This document shows, piece by piece, positions 63,383-64,000 of a DNA stretch of 64,000 nt. The DNA lies in NCBI GenBank assembly GCA_051362555.1, contig CM120642.1:2976001-3040000 (forward strand). Direction: 5' to 3'. The DNA comes from Lingula anatina. Taxonomy: Eukaryota > Animalia > Brachiopoda. The notes beneath the pieces were generated by a model, which made no database searches, was not told where the DNA came from, and saw nothing but the letters and a program-made list of their open reading frames with translations. The position numbers and the translations under genes were made by a program. Position 1 is the first letter of the stretch. Every line of letters begins with the position of its first letter.

Positions 63383-64000
63383 AAATTGGAACAAATTTTA
63401 TTACAGTATTGTTGTGACAACCAACAAAACAAGGTTTGATGCCTTGATGTAAATGTTCTTCACAAAAAATTGATACATTGGAAGGTTTCAAAAGTGCCAA
63501 AATTCATGATTTTTCTTTCATTTCAGCACATTATTTCACTATGCATTTCAATACAAGCTATGCTGATGTGATATCACTAGTTTAAGTACAGGGCCATTCT
63601 ACATAACATGTCAGTGACACACACATTATGTGAACTAATAACATAGTTCTGGCTTGTCCACTTATTTTCTCTATTTTCTTTAAACCATCAATGTAACCTC
63701 CAATGTGGAGAAAAATCAACAGTAATTAAAAAGTGATATAAAATGGTAATAGAAATGATACTCAAACTGTGTACATCAGTGATGGAACACATATCTTCAC
63801 TGTTTTGTGGAATGTACCTATATAGGTAGTGCTTACAGTAGAAGAAATTCAAAAGCACCAACCTATACAAAATGTTACGATTACATTTATCTTTGCCTTG
63901 TGCAGAATCACTGTAAAAAACATCAAATCATGAGTTATTCTTTTAGGCTTTCACTCAATCACTTTATCATATGTAATTATGAAATAAGAATATTAATTCA

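Overview
AT-rich, intron-containing animal genomic DNA. It is probably from an invertebrate such as a mollusc or other lophotrochozoan, which is an inference from repeat types and composition. It is not prokaryotic: no operons, CRISPR, rRNA or tRNA were seen. Contents: (1) the last 18 coding exons of cytoplasmic dynein-2 heavy chain DYNC2H1 (+, 1096-10218), all phase-compatible; (2) a convergent, uncharacterised multi-exon gene (-, about 13189-22042, ~568 aa, acidic/disordered) with a 27-nt microexon lying about 30 bp from a 2.7-kb non-autonomous Helentron-like element; (3) an isolated minus-strand terminal exon (30207-30263) resembling the C-terminus of AADAT/KAT-II aminotransferase, with no convincing upstream exons in the window; (4) a single-coding-exon Ig-domain type I membrane protein gene (+, 34530-35198); (5) a single-coding-exon 512-aa single-pass membrane protein gene (+, 60539-62077) whose tail carries four Ser/SP repeats plus LxVP and PxIxIT calcineurin-docking-like motifs; (6) several MITEs and foldback palindromes, tandem duplications and microsatellites. 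All homology calls come from recalled sequence features, not database searches.
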